Position numbers and translations under genes: made by a program. This document shows positions 36,716 to 45,827 of a stretch of DNA of 64,000 nucleotides, in pieces (position 1 is the stretch's first letter; each line of letters begins with the position of its first letter). The stretch is from Candidatus Omnitrophota bacterium (GTDB taxonomy: Bacteria > Omnitrophota > Gorgyraeia > B26-G9), in assembly GCA_043805415.1 (NCBI GenBank), contig JAZDHZ010000043.1:5844-69843 (forward strand), given 5' to 3'. The notes below the pieces were generated by a model, which made no database searches, was not told the origin of the DNA, and was given only the letters and a program-made list of their open reading frames with translations.

Positions 36716-36803
36716 AGGGGATTGCTTTTTTGTTGTAATGACGGACAGAAAACTTTGCTTCGAGTAGGGCAAAGCTAAAATAAATAGCCGCTGTCCCTAT
36801 TTA
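36716..36803 (+). repeat. 88-bp structured repeat, copy 2
   Basis: Direct repeat of 35198-35285. Confidence 0.6.
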
Positions 36804-36887
36804 TTGAAAAAGTAGACAATCCCTTCATACAATGGTAAGATATCGATAATCTTAGCGCAATTAATAATATTATAAAGGAGGAAAACA

Positions 36888-37325
36888 ATGGCAAATATAC
36901 TGGTAATTCATGGGCCGAATTTAAATCTTTTAGGCGAAAGAGAGCCGGATATCTACGGTAAGGTGACTCTGGAAACTATAAATAATAATATTTTAAAATG
37001 GGCAAAGAAAAATGGTGTTAAGATCGATATCATCCAATCAAATCATGAAGGTGAAATTGTCGATATAATCGGCAAAGCCAATTCCACTTATAATGCTTTA
37101 CTGATCAATCCCGCGGCTTATACTCATACCAGCGTGGCGATCCGCGACGCGATCAGCGCTGTGGGCATTCCTACAGTGGAAGTACATTTATCAAATATCT
37201 ATGCCCGGGAAGAATTCCGGCATACTTCTTTAATCGCACCGGTCAGTTCCGGTCAGGTATCAGGATTTGGTCAGCATAGTTATATTTTGGGATTAGAAGC
37301 GATATTAACGATTATAAACAAATAG
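36888..37325 (+). CDS. aroQ: 3-dehydroquinate dehydratase, type II
   Basis: [22 protein letters not shown]-terminal signature; 145 aa. Confidence 0.85.
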   Translation: MANILVIHGPNLNLLGEREPDIYGKVTLETINNNILKWAKKNGVKIDIIQSNHEGEIVDIIGKANSTYNALLINPAAYTHTSVAIRDAISAVGIPTVEVHLSNIYAREEFRHTSLIAPVSSGQVSGFGQHSYILGLEAILTIINK

Positions 37326-37358
37326 AATCAAACAATAAATCAAGAAAAAACCCAAAAA

Positions 37359-38402
37359 ATGAGCAATCTTAGAGTAAACAAATTAAAAACCCAGCTTAAA
37401 AAAGCGAATATTGATGCCATGCTGGTCAGTTCTCCGGCTAATGTGCGTTATTTAAGCGGTTTTACTTCTGCTGAGTCCTGGCTGCTGATCAGCCCCAGCC
37501 AGAATATATTTATCAGTGATTTCCGTTATAAGCTCCAGGCTGAACAGGAAATTGATAAAAGTTTTCAAATCGAAATGGTGGCTAATTCTGTATATGCTTT
37601 AGTTGGACAGCTGGTAAATAAACTTAAAATCAGTTCGCTTTGCTTTGAGCCTGACCATATGACCTATAATCAATACAGCCGGATCAAAGCAGCTTTACCC
37701 CCAGATACACGGCTTGTAGCGGCTAAAGGCTTTGTCGAACAGCTGAGAATGCTTAAAAGTCCGCAAGAGATTATCTTAATCCGAAAAGCAGTTAAAATTG
37801 TCAAGAAATCACTAAATCAATTAAAACCTTTGATTAAACCCGGGGTCAGTGAACTGTTTCTTAAAAATAAGCTGGAACAAATGTTAAAAGATAATGGCTC
37901 AACTCAGCCGGCATTTGATACCATTGTTGCTTCAGGACCAAATGCCGCTATGCCGCACGCGGTTACCACCACACGCAAAATCGCTAAAAACGAACCGATT
38001 ATTATTGATGTGGGCGCAACTGTTAATGGTTATAAATCCGACTTGACAAGGACTTTCTTTTCAGGTAAAATTAGCCAGTACATTGAATATTATAAACTCG
38101 TTGCTACTGCTCAAGATAGAGCAATTAAGCTAATCCGGCCGCTGGTTAAGATTCAGAGTATTGACCAAGCAGCAAGACAAGTGCTTAAAAACGCTAATCT
38201 GGATAAGTATTTTGGTCATTCGCTAGGTCATGGAGTTGGTTTAGAAATTCATGAAGGTCCGAATATTTCAGACAAAAACACTATGCGCTTAAAAAGTTCA
38301 ATGGTATTTACAATCGAGCCTGGTATCTATATCCCCGGCTCTGGCGGAATTAGAATAGAGGATATGGTCTTAGTTACTAACAAAGGATGTGAGATTTTAT
38401 AA
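37359..38402 (+). CDS. pepP: Xaa-Pro aminopeptidase / M24 family peptidase
   Basis: HGLGHGVGLEIHEGP metal-binding signature of M24B. Confidence 0.8.
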   Translation: MSNLRVNKLKTQLKKANIDAMLVSSPANVRYLSGFTSAESWLLISPSQNIFISDFRYKLQAEQEIDKSFQIEMVANSVYALVGQLVNKLKISSLCFEPDHMTYNQYSRIKAALPPDTRLVAAKGFVEQLRMLKSPQEIILIRKAVKIVKKSLNQLKPLIKPGVSELFLKNKLEQMLKDNGSTQPAFDTIVASGPNAAMPHAVTTTRKIAKNEPIIIDVGATVNGYKSDLTRTFFSGKISQYIEYYKLVATAQDRAIKLIRPLVKIQSIDQAARQVLKNANLDKYFGHSLGHGVGLEIHEGPNISDKNTMRLKSSMVFTIEPGIYIPGSGGIRIEDMVLVTNKGCEIL

Positions 38403-38404
38403 TT

Positions 38405-38962
38405 ATGATAACAGCAAATCAGTTTAAAACCGGATTAACACTTGAATATGAAGGCGGAATCTATGTGATAGTTGATTTTCAGCCGGTTAAGCCAGGAAAA
38501 GGCGCGGCTTTTACCCGAACAAAAATGCGCAACTTAAGAACTAAAAAGATATTAGAAAGAACATTCAGAGTTGAGGAGAAATTGGAAGTCGCGTTTATTG
38601 AAGAAAAAAAAATGCAGTATCTTTATGCCGCGGGAAATACTTATCATTTCATGGATCAGGAAACATATGAACAAGCAACCATGGATAAAAGTGTTTTAGG
38701 TGATATTGTCGGGTATTTAAAGGAAAATATGGATGTTTCGCTTATCAGCTACAAAAAAGAGCTCTTGGACGTAAATCTGCCGATTTTTGTTGAGCTGACG
38801 ATTACCCATACTGAACCAGGGATAAAAGGCGATACAACCAAGAGTTCTTTAAAACCAGCTACTTTGGAAACCGGAGCAACAATTTCCGTGCCTTTATTTG
38901 TTAATCAGGGTGATCGGATAAAAATTGATACGCGAACCGGCGCGTATGTGGAAAGAGTTTAG
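38405..38962 (+). CDS. efp: translation elongation factor P
   Basis: 185 aa, KPGKGAAFTRTKMRNL motif with the modified-Lys loop. Confidence 0.9.
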   Translation: MITANQFKTGLTLEYEGGIYVIVDFQPVKPGKGAAFTRTKMRNLRTKKILERTFRVEEKLEVAFIEEKKMQYLYAAGNTYHFMDQETYEQATMDKSVLGDIVGYLKENMDVSLISYKKELLDVNLPIFVELTITHTEPGIKGDTTKSSLKPATLETGATISVPLFVNQGDRIKIDTRTGAYVERV

Positions 38963-39061
38963 TTTTTTTCATTTTTAGTATATAATAAAGAAGCAGAATA
39001 ATGAACATTAATCAGGAATAAATAATAAAGCAGTTTGGACTTTTAATGTTAGGAGTTGCTT

Positions 39062-39526
39062 ATGAATTTAAAAGAAATTAAAGAAATGGTAGCATTAATG
39101 AAAGACAATGATCTAACTGAGCTGGAGTTAGAAAAAGAAGGCTTGAAAATTCGTTTAAGCCGAGGTGGTGCTGCAAATAATGTGGTGTTTGAAAGAATGC
39201 CGCAGCAGTCAAATATGGGATATATGGGGCAATCGCCGGATGTGAATCAGCTAGTAACTCAAGCAGTAGCTGCTCCGATAAACGGCGGAATGGAAATAAA
39301 GGCGCCGATGGTCGGAACTTTTTATCGTGCTCCGTCTCCGGATGCAAGTCCTTTTGTGGAAGTCGGCGGTATGGTTGAGATCGGCCAGGTTATCTGTATT
39401 ATAGAAGCAATGAAATTAATGAATGAAATTAAATCTGAAGTTAGAGGTAAGATAAAAGCAATTAATGTGGAAAACGCTGACCCAATCGAATTTGGTCAGG
39501 TACTTTTTGTTATTGAACCAAGCTGA
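39062..39526 (+). CDS. accB: acetyl-CoA carboxylase biotin carboxyl carrier protein
   Basis: EAMKLMNEI biotinyl-lysine motif; ATG at 39062 preferred (aggag 7 nt upstream) over TTG 39056. Confidence 0.85.
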   Translation: MNLKEIKEMVALMKDNDLTELELEKEGLKIRLSRGGAANNVVFERMPQQSNMGYMGQSPDVNQLVTQAVAAPINGGMEIKAPMVGTFYRAPSPDASPFVEVGGMVEIGQVICIIEAMKLMNEIKSEVRGKIKAINVENADPIEFGQVLFVIEPS

Positions 39527-39539
39527 TTAGGGAAAAATT

Positions 39540-40889
39540 ATGTTTTCAAAAATTCTTATAGCCAATAGAGGCGAAATCGCGTTAAGAATCATCCGGGCGT
39601 GTAAAGAAATGGGGATCAGGACTGTAGCGGTTTATTCCGAAGCTGATGCTAGTTCTATGCATGTGCAATTTGCTGATGAATCTGTATGTATCGGGCCAGC
39701 CCAAGGAACAGCGAGTTATTTAAACATTGCCGCGATCATGAGTGCCGCGGAAATTACGGATGTGGAAGCAATTCACCCGGGATACGGCTTTCTTTCGGAA
39801 AACGCGCATTTCGCGGAAATATGTGAATCATGCCATATTAATTTTATTGGACCAACTCCGGATAATATCCGGTCTTTGGGTGATAAAATGATGGCCAAAG
39901 ATTCAATGCGCAAAGCTGGAGTGCCGGTAATTCCCGGATCCGGGGGGCTGATTGATAATAAGGATGTGGCAATTAAAATCGCCAATAAGATAAAATATCC
40001 GGTGATTATTAAAGCCGCCAGCGGCGGCGGGGGAAAAGGCATGCGCGTGGCGCATAATGACGTGCGTCTGGTAAGCTCAATACTCGCGGCTCAAACCGAA
40101 GCAGAAGCAAATTTCGGCAGCGGGAGTGTTTATTTGGAAAAATATTTTGAAAAACCCCGGCATATTGAAGTGCAGATCCTGGCAGATAAATACGGCCATG
40201 TAATTCATTTAGGGGAAAGAGATTGTACAGTACAGCGCAGACATCAGAAATTGATTGAGGAAACTCCTTCTCCGGCCTTGGACGCGAAAACCCGGAAAAA
40301 ACTTCATGAAACAGCGGTGCGCGCGGCCAAAGCTGTAAATTACACCAGCGCCGGAACAATTGAGTTTCTCTTGGATTCTGACGGGAAATTTTATTTTATG
40401 GAGATGAATACCCGGATCCAGGTAGAACATACGGTTACGGAAATGGTAACCGGGGTTGATTTGATTAAAGAACAGATAAAAATCGCGGCCGGAGAAAAAT
40501 TAAAACTCACGCAGGAAGATATAAAAATTAACGGCTGTTCTATGGAATGCCGGATCAATGCCGAAGACCCGGATAATAATTTCATGCCTTGTCCGGGAAC
40601 AATTGAAAGTCTGCATATGCCCGGCGGCAGAGGGATAAGAGTGGATTCGCATGTTTACAGCGGATATAAAATATCGCCTTACTATGATTCTATGATTGCC
40701 AAATTAATTGTCCATGGGAAAGATCGAAAAGAAGCGATAAAAATTATGCAAAGAGCATTGGACGAATTTGTTATCAGCCCGATAAAGACAACGATTCCAT
40801 TTCATAAAGCTGTTTTTACCAATCCGCAGTTTTTAAAAGGGGATTATTATACGAATTTCGTGGAAAAACTTCTGGAAAATAAAGTTTAA
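39540..40889 (+). CDS. accC: acetyl-CoA carboxylase biotin carboxylase subunit
   Basis: ATP-grasp signatures ([28 protein letters not shown]); 449 aa; directly downstream of accB. Confidence 0.9.
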   Translation: MFSKILIANRGEIALRIIRACKEMGIRTVAVYSEADASSMHVQFADESVCIGPAQGTASYLNIAAIMSAAEITDVEAIHPGYGFLSENAHFAEICESCHINFIGPTPDNIRSLGDKMMAKDSMRKAGVPVIPGSGGLIDNKDVAIKIANKIKYPVIIKAASGGGGKGMRVAHNDVRLVSSILAAQTEAEANFGSGSVYLEKYFEKPRHIEVQILADKYGHVIHLGERDCTVQRRHQKLIEETPSPALDAKTRKKLHETAVRAAKAVNYTSAGTIEFLLDSDGKFYFMEMNTRIQVEHTVTEMVTGVDLIKEQIKIAAGEKLKLTQEDIKINGCSMECRINAEDPDNNFMPCPGTIESLHMPGGRGIRVDSHVYSGYKISPYYDSMIAKLIVHGKDRKEAIKIMQRALDEFVISPIKTTIPFHKAVFTNPQFLKGDYYTNFVEKLLENKV

Positions 40890-40901
40890 AAGGGGGAAGC
40901 T

Positions 40902-41267
40902 GTGACAGAAAAAGATAAAAAAAACGATTTAGGAGTTTTGAAAATCAATAATGAAGTAATTGCTTCTATTGCCCGAAACGCCGCTTTGCAGGTTGACGGA
41001 GTTGAGAGTGTGAAACGCGGTATGTTTTCAATGCTCAGTGACTTGTTCAGTAAAGGATATCATCATAAAGGAATCACTTTGGATATCAGCGACAGTGAAG
41101 TCAAAATCGGAGTAACGATTGTAGTGCGTTATGGCGTGACTATTCCGGATGTTTCCAGTTTAGTTCAGGAAAACATCCGCGCGGCGATTGAAGAAATGAC
41201 TGGATTATCTGTGTCTGAAGTCAATGTGAATATCGCTGACATCCATTCGGAAGAATCCGAAAACTAA
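40902..41267 (+). CDS. Asp23/Gls24 family (alkaline shock protein-like)
   Basis: 121 aa; N-terminal GVLKINNEVIASIARNAALQVDGV typical of Asp23/DUF322. Confidence 0.7.
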   Translation: MTEKDKKNDLGVLKINNEVIASIARNAALQVDGVESVKRGMFSMLSDLFSKGYHHKGITLDISDSEVKIGVTIVVRYGVTIPDVSSLVQENIRAAIEEMTGLSVSEVNVNIADIHSEESEN

Positions 41268-41280
41268 AAAGGGGGAATTT

Positions 41281-41865
41281 ATGCGGATTTTTAACAAGAT
41301 TATTGTTTTTTTCTACTCACTTATCTTTGTTTTAATTGGTACTGGTTTAATTTTTTTCGCGTTTCATTTAGCGGGCAAATATGATTTAAGTATTTTGATT
41401 GAGTATATAATAAATTTCCCTAACTTGCATTTGATTGTCGGTCTAACCGGTATCTTGTTAATTTTAGTCAGTATTTCTCTAGCGAATATTTCCTTTAAGA
41501 AATTTCAGGCGGAAAAAACAATCGGTTATGCTACTAATGGCGGACAGATAATTATTTCTCTGGGAGCGATTGAGGATTTTATCCGTAAACTTGTTAATCA
41601 GCTTCCTGAGGTCAAAGAGCTTCGGTCCGAAGTGTTTGTGACCAGAAAAAGAATTGAAATTGAAACCCGGGTAGTGCTTTGGTCAACTTCCAATATTCCG
41701 GAGATTACAGAGAAAATTCAGTCTTCAATCCAGGTGCAGGTTCAGACCTTATTAGCCGGCATAGAAAAACCGATTATGGTTAATATGCATGTGGTAAAAA
41801 TCGCGCCGAAAGATTTTGATAAAAATAAAAAAATAAAACAGCAGGAAATACCATTTCTGCGTTAA
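41281..41865 (+). CDS. membrane protein, possible Asp23 membrane anchor (AmaP-like)
   Basis: Two N-terminal TM helices, 194 aa, adjacent to the Asp23 gene; family assignment is by context only. Confidence 0.35.
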   Translation: MRIFNKIIVFFYSLIFVLIGTGLIFFAFHLAGKYDLSILIEYIINFPNLHLIVGLTGILLILVSISLANISFKKFQAEKTIGYATNGGQIIISLGAIEDFIRKLVNQLPEVKELRSEVFVTRKRIEIETRVVLWSTSNIPEITEKIQSSIQVQVQTLLAGIEKPIMVNMHVVKIAPKDFDKNKKIKQQEIPFLR

Positions 41866-41869
41866 AATA

Positions 41870-42457
41870 ATGGGGTTAGGTATCCGCATGAAAGCAACTG
41901 TTCAGGAAATATTAATTAATTCTAGCCAGGTGATTCAAGCTGTTGCCGCGAAAAACAGCGAGCAGATAATCGCGATCAGTAAAGCGATTATCGCGGCTTA
42001 TCAAAATGATAAAAAGTTATTGGTATTCGGCAATGGCGGCAGCGCTGCTGATGCTCAGCACATGGCCGCGGAACTTGTCGGCAGGTTTAAAAAAGAACGC
42101 AGAGCATTCGCGGCAATCGCCCTAAGCACTAATACTTCGATTCTCACGGCCTTAGCTAATGATTATAGCTATGATTATGTTTTTGAGCGTCAGGTAGAAG
42201 CCTTATGTCAAAAAGATGATATTGTGATTGGAATTTCCACCAGCGGCAAAGCAAAAAATGTTATTACTGCCTTGAAAAAAGCCCGGGGAAAAGGGGCATT
42301 TACCATTGCTTTAACCGGAGCCAAAGGCGATAATCTGAACGAATTAGCTGATATTTGTCTGATGGTCCCATCTGATGATACTCCGCGCATCCAAGAAGCG
42401 CATATTACGATTATTCATATTATTTGTAAGCTTGTGGAAGATGCTCTGACAAAATGA
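41870..42457 (+). CDS. gmhA: D-sedoheptulose-7-phosphate isomerase (SIS domain)
   Basis: LLVFGNGGSAADAQHMAAELVGRF SIS/GmhA signature; 195 aa. Confidence 0.8.
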   Translation: MGLGIRMKATVQEILINSSQVIQAVAAKNSEQIIAISKAIIAAYQNDKKLLVFGNGGSAADAQHMAAELVGRFKKERRAFAAIALSTNTSILTALANDYSYDYVFERQVEALCQKDDIVIGISTSGKAKNVITALKKARGKGAFTIALTGAKGDNLNELADICLMVPSDDTPRIQEAHITIIHIICKLVEDALTK

Positions 42458-42936
42458 TAAAAGCAAAAATAAAAACACTGCCGATTCTGGCTAAAATTAT
42501 TGCTGAACATAAGCAAGCCAAGAAAAAAATCGTATTTACTAATGGCTGTTTTGATCTTATGCATCGCGGACACGCGAATTATCTGGAAAGAGCCAAGAAA
42601 AAAGGCGATATTCTGGTTGTGGCCATAAATAGCGATGCGTCGGTTAGAAAATTAAAAGGCAAGTCTCGTCCGATTAATAGCCAGCTGGATAGATCTGAGC
42701 TTATTGCCGCGCTTGAGAGCGTTGACTATGTGACAATTTTTTCACAGTCAACTCCGCTTGAGGTAATAAAAAAAATCAGGCCGGATGTTCTGGTTAAAGG
42801 CGCTGATTGGAAGGCCAGTGATATTGTCGGGGCTGATATTTTAAAACAATATGGCGGAAAAATTGCCCGGGAAAAATTTCTCAGCGGCTATTCGACGACT
42901 AAACTGATTGAAAAAATTGCTAAAACAAAACTTTGA
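42454..42936 (+). CDS. D-glycero-beta-D-manno-heptose-1-phosphate adenylyltransferase (HldE domain II / RfaE2-like cytidylyltransferase)
   Basis: VFTNGCFDLMHRGHANYL nucleotidyltransferase HxGH motif; 160 aa; start overlaps gmhA stop. Confidence 0.75.
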   Translation: MIKAKIKTLPILAKIIAEHKQAKKKIVFTNGCFDLMHRGHANYLERAKKKGDILVVAINSDASVRKLKGKSRPINSQLDRSELIAALESVDYVTIFSQSTPLEVIKKIRPDVLVKGADWKASDIVGADILKQYGGKIAREKFLSGYSTTKLIEKIAKTKL

Positions 42937-43369
42937 AAATATTAAGCTGGACAGATTACTTGATGCTAATGCCAATCGGCTAAAAGAAGGCTTGCGCGTA
43001 CTCGAGGATATTACCCGGTTTATTATTGATGATAGCCGCTTGACCGGACAGTTTAAAAAGATTCGCCACGCTGTCACTGCTTGCCTTAAAAGCAATAAAC
43101 TTACCGCGCCGGCGCGGATAATAAAAAAACGCCAGATTCAAACTGATGTGGGTAAAAAAACAATAGTTTCAGAACTAGAGAGAAAAAACATCGCGGATAT
43201 TTTTTTAGCTAATTGTCAGAGAGTAAAAGAGTCAATCCGGGTTTTGGAAGAATGCATGAAACTTTTTGACCGGAAAACCGCTCAGCGCTTTAAGTCAATG
43301 CGTTACAGCATTTATCATCTGGAAAAACGCTCTATTGAAAAAATCGTTAAAATATGTAATAATATTTAG
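42908..43369 (+). CDS. hypothetical helical protein
   Basis: 153 aa ORF overlapping upstream gene by 29 nt; no motif recognised. Confidence 0.3.
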   Translation: MKKLLKQNFENIKLDRLLDANANRLKEGLRVLEDITRFIIDDSRLTGQFKKIRHAVTACLKSNKLTAPARIIKKRQIQTDVGKKTIVSELERKNIADIFLANCQRVKESIRVLEECMKLFDRKTAQRFKSMRYSIYHLEKRSIEKIVKICNNI

Positions 43370-43587
43370 TATTCTTTTTATCGCTGATAAGAAGATAAAT
43401 TACAAAAACAACACAGCTTTTATCGCGGCCTTTAATTATTTGATCTGACTGCCTATAACTGGGAGTTTAATCCCTGTTTGATTTAAAGATAGAGTAATAT
43501 TGTTTATTCCTCTAACTAGTAGTTATTTCCTAATTACAGGGCAATCCTTGCGCCGCTTTTAAACGCTAAACCCAAAGAATAAACAAA

Positions 43588-44862
43588 ATGAAAACTCTAA
43601 TTGAATCCGCCAGATCCGGTAAGTCCACCTTACTTGTTGAGCAAATAGCAAAAAAAGAAAATATCGCCCCCAAACTGCTGTTAGACTACATTGCCCAGGG
43701 TAAAGTAGTTATTCCGGTCAATAATATTCGTAAACTAAAAAAGCCTTGCGGCATTGGCCAAATGATGAGTGTAAAGATAAATGCTAATCTCGGAACATCT
43801 CCGGATGAATCAGACGCCAAAAACGAGCTTAAAAAATTAAAAACCGCGATTGAATTCGGCGCGGATACTGTAATGGATTTAAGCATTGCCGGTGATATCA
43901 GAAAAACCCAAAAGCTGTTGATTGATAACTGCTGTGTGCCTTTAGGCACTGTGCCGCTTTATGAAATCGCTTTATCGGCGAAAAAACTTCGCGGGAGTAT
44001 CTATAATTTAACCAAAGATGATTTTCTCGATATCCTAACCGCGCAGGCTAAAACCGGAGTTGATTTTTTTACGATTCATTCCGGAATCACTAAGCAAACT
44101 TTAAAATGTCTGGAGCAAAATCCCCGGTTTATGGGTATTGTCAGCCGCGGGGGAGCAATAACTGCTGACTGGATTAAAAAAACCCAAAAAGAAAATCCGT
44201 TTTATGAATATTTTGATGATGTAATTAAAATTTGCAAAAAATATGATATTACCCTTAGCTTAGGCGATGGCTTAAGGCCAGGAACAGTTGTTGATGCTAC
44301 GGATAAACCGCAAATCGCTGAGTTAAAGCTGCTCGGGAAACTGGCTAAGCAGGCGCTAGCGCAAGGCGTGCAGGTGATGATTGAAGGTCCGGGACATATT
44401 CCGATTGATCAAATCAGCCGGAATATTGCTTTGCAGAAAAAATATTGCGACGGAGCTCCGTTTTATGTTTTAGGACCATTGGTAACGGATATCGGCATGG
44501 GTTATGACCATATAACCGCGGCCATTGGTTCGGGAATTGCCGCTGCCTGCGGAGCGGATTTTATTTGTTTTGTTACTCCGGCGGAACATATTAAGCTGCC
44601 GAATGTGGAGGATATTAAACTAGGCGTGATTGCCAGCCGGATAGCCGCGCACAGCGGTGATTTAGCCCGCGGCAATAAGCAGGCATGGGAAAAAGACCGG
44701 TTAATGAGTTTAGCGCGGAAAAAAAGAGATTGGGAAAAGCAGATTAACCTGTCGATGGATCCTGAGCTGATCAGAGCTAGTCGCAAAGCTTCTCAGTCCA
44801 AGGTTAATGATGCTTGTACCATGTGCGGTGAATTTTGTTCAATGAAACTTATGGATGATTAA
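43588..44862 (+). CDS. thiC: phosphomethylpyrimidine synthase ThiC (short form)
   Basis: 424 aa; C-terminal CTMCGEFCSMK Fe-S cysteine motif and central MIEGPGHIP block typical of ThiC. Confidence 0.85.
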   Translation: MKTLIESARSGKSTLLVEQIAKKENIAPKLLLDYIAQGKVVIPVNNIRKLKKPCGIGQMMSVKINANLGTSPDESDAKNELKKLKTAIEFGADTVMDLSIAGDIRKTQKLLIDNCCVPLGTVPLYEIALSAKKLRGSIYNLTKDDFLDILTAQAKTGVDFFTIHSGITKQTLKCLEQNPRFMGIVSRGGAITADWIKKTQKENPFYEYFDDVIKICKKYDITLSLGDGLRPGTVVDATDKPQIAELKLLGKLAKQALAQGVQVMIEGPGHIPIDQISRNIALQKKYCDGAPFYVLGPLVTDIGMGYDHITAAIGSGIAAACGADFICFVTPAEHIKLPNVEDIKLGVIASRIAAHSGDLARGNKQAWEKDRLMSLARKKRDWEKQINLSMDPELIRASRKASQSKVNDACTMCGEFCSMKLMDD

Positions 44863-44986
44863 ATAAACATCTGATTGTCTATTGCGGGCGTAGTTTCCGC
44901 CGCCAAAGCGGCGAGACCTCGCCAAAACAAGGTTTTGGCGGGCAGTGGTAATCAGAATCATAGAAGTAAAATAACGCTTAATTATT

Positions 44987-45060
44987 GCGGGCGTAGTTCA
45001 GTGGTAGAACATCAGCTTCCCAAGCTGAATATGAGGGTTCGATTCCCTTCGCCCGCTCCA
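44987..45060 (+). tRNA. tRNA-Gly (anticodon CCC)
   Basis: Acceptor GCGGGCG/CGCCCGC, anticodon loop TTCCCAA, T-loop GGTTCGATTCC, discriminator U, encoded CCA. Confidence 0.85.
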
Positions 45061-45128
45061 TGTATAAGCGACTGGCTAAAATCGGGATATTTTTACAGGC
45101 GCTTAATTAAGTAATGTTTTGAGGAAAA

Positions 45129-45806
45129 ATGAGAGTGGGAATAAGAGTTATATTAATAGTATTGCTTATTTTGACATCTGGCTGCTCCGCCAGACCAAAA
45201 ATTACTACTAGTACTTTGCCTTATGCTGTAGTGCATCCGAATGTAAAAGGCCAGTATCATATTGTAAAAAAAGGGGAAACCCTTTGGAGTATATCCAAGT
45301 GTTACGCGGTTAATTTAGACGCGATTGCCGAAATAAATAAAATTGATAACGCGAAAAGCATTGAAATCGGGCAAAAGATATTTATTCCGGATTCGCTGGC
45401 AAAGGATAATGCTGATTCGCAATGCAGTGTAAGTAATCTTTTTGATTGGCCTTATAAAGGGCAAATCCTACTGGGGTTTAATGAAAAAAAGCAGGATGTA
45501 AACAATCAAGGTATTGATATTGCCGCTAAACCCGGCAGTTCGATCAGCGCCGCAGCCGCGGGAAATATTGTGTTTACCTCGCAGAATTTGCGAGGTTATG
45601 GCCGAACAATAATCATTCGCCATAATAATGATTTTGTAACTGTATATAGTAATAATGATGAAAATTTAGTAAAAACAGGAGATTTCGTTAGACAAGGACA
45701 GGTCATTGCCAAGGCAGGAAGCACAGGCCGTGCTTCTAGTTGTCTGGTACATTTTGAGTTAAGGAAGAAGAATAAACCACAAAACCCGATATTGTATTTG
45801 CCTTAA
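45129..45806 (+). CDS. LysM domain + M23 family metallopeptidase (lipoprotein)
   Basis: Lipobox LTSGC; LysM (YHIVKKGETLWSISKCY...IFIP); M23 motifs GIDIAAKPGSSISAAAAGNIVFT and HFEL. Confidence 0.8.
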   Translation: MRVGIRVILIVLLILTSGCSARPKITTSTLPYAVVHPNVKGQYHIVKKGETLWSISKCYAVNLDAIAEINKIDNAKSIEIGQKIFIPDSLAKDNADSQCSVSNLFDWPYKGQILLGFNEKKQDVNNQGIDIAAKPGSSISAAAAGNIVFTSQNLRGYGRTIIIRHNNDFVTVYSNNDENLVKTGDFVRQGQVIAKAGSTGRASSCLVHFELRKKNKPQNPILYLP

Positions 45807-45827
45807 AGGGTAGAAATCAGGTGATCC

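Noticed and set aside
44875-45114. 79-aa ORF spanning tRNA-Gly
   Set aside because: It overlaps a well-formed tRNA-Gly(CCC) and the hairpin spacer. Its translation is low-complexity. It is an artefact of ORF calling.
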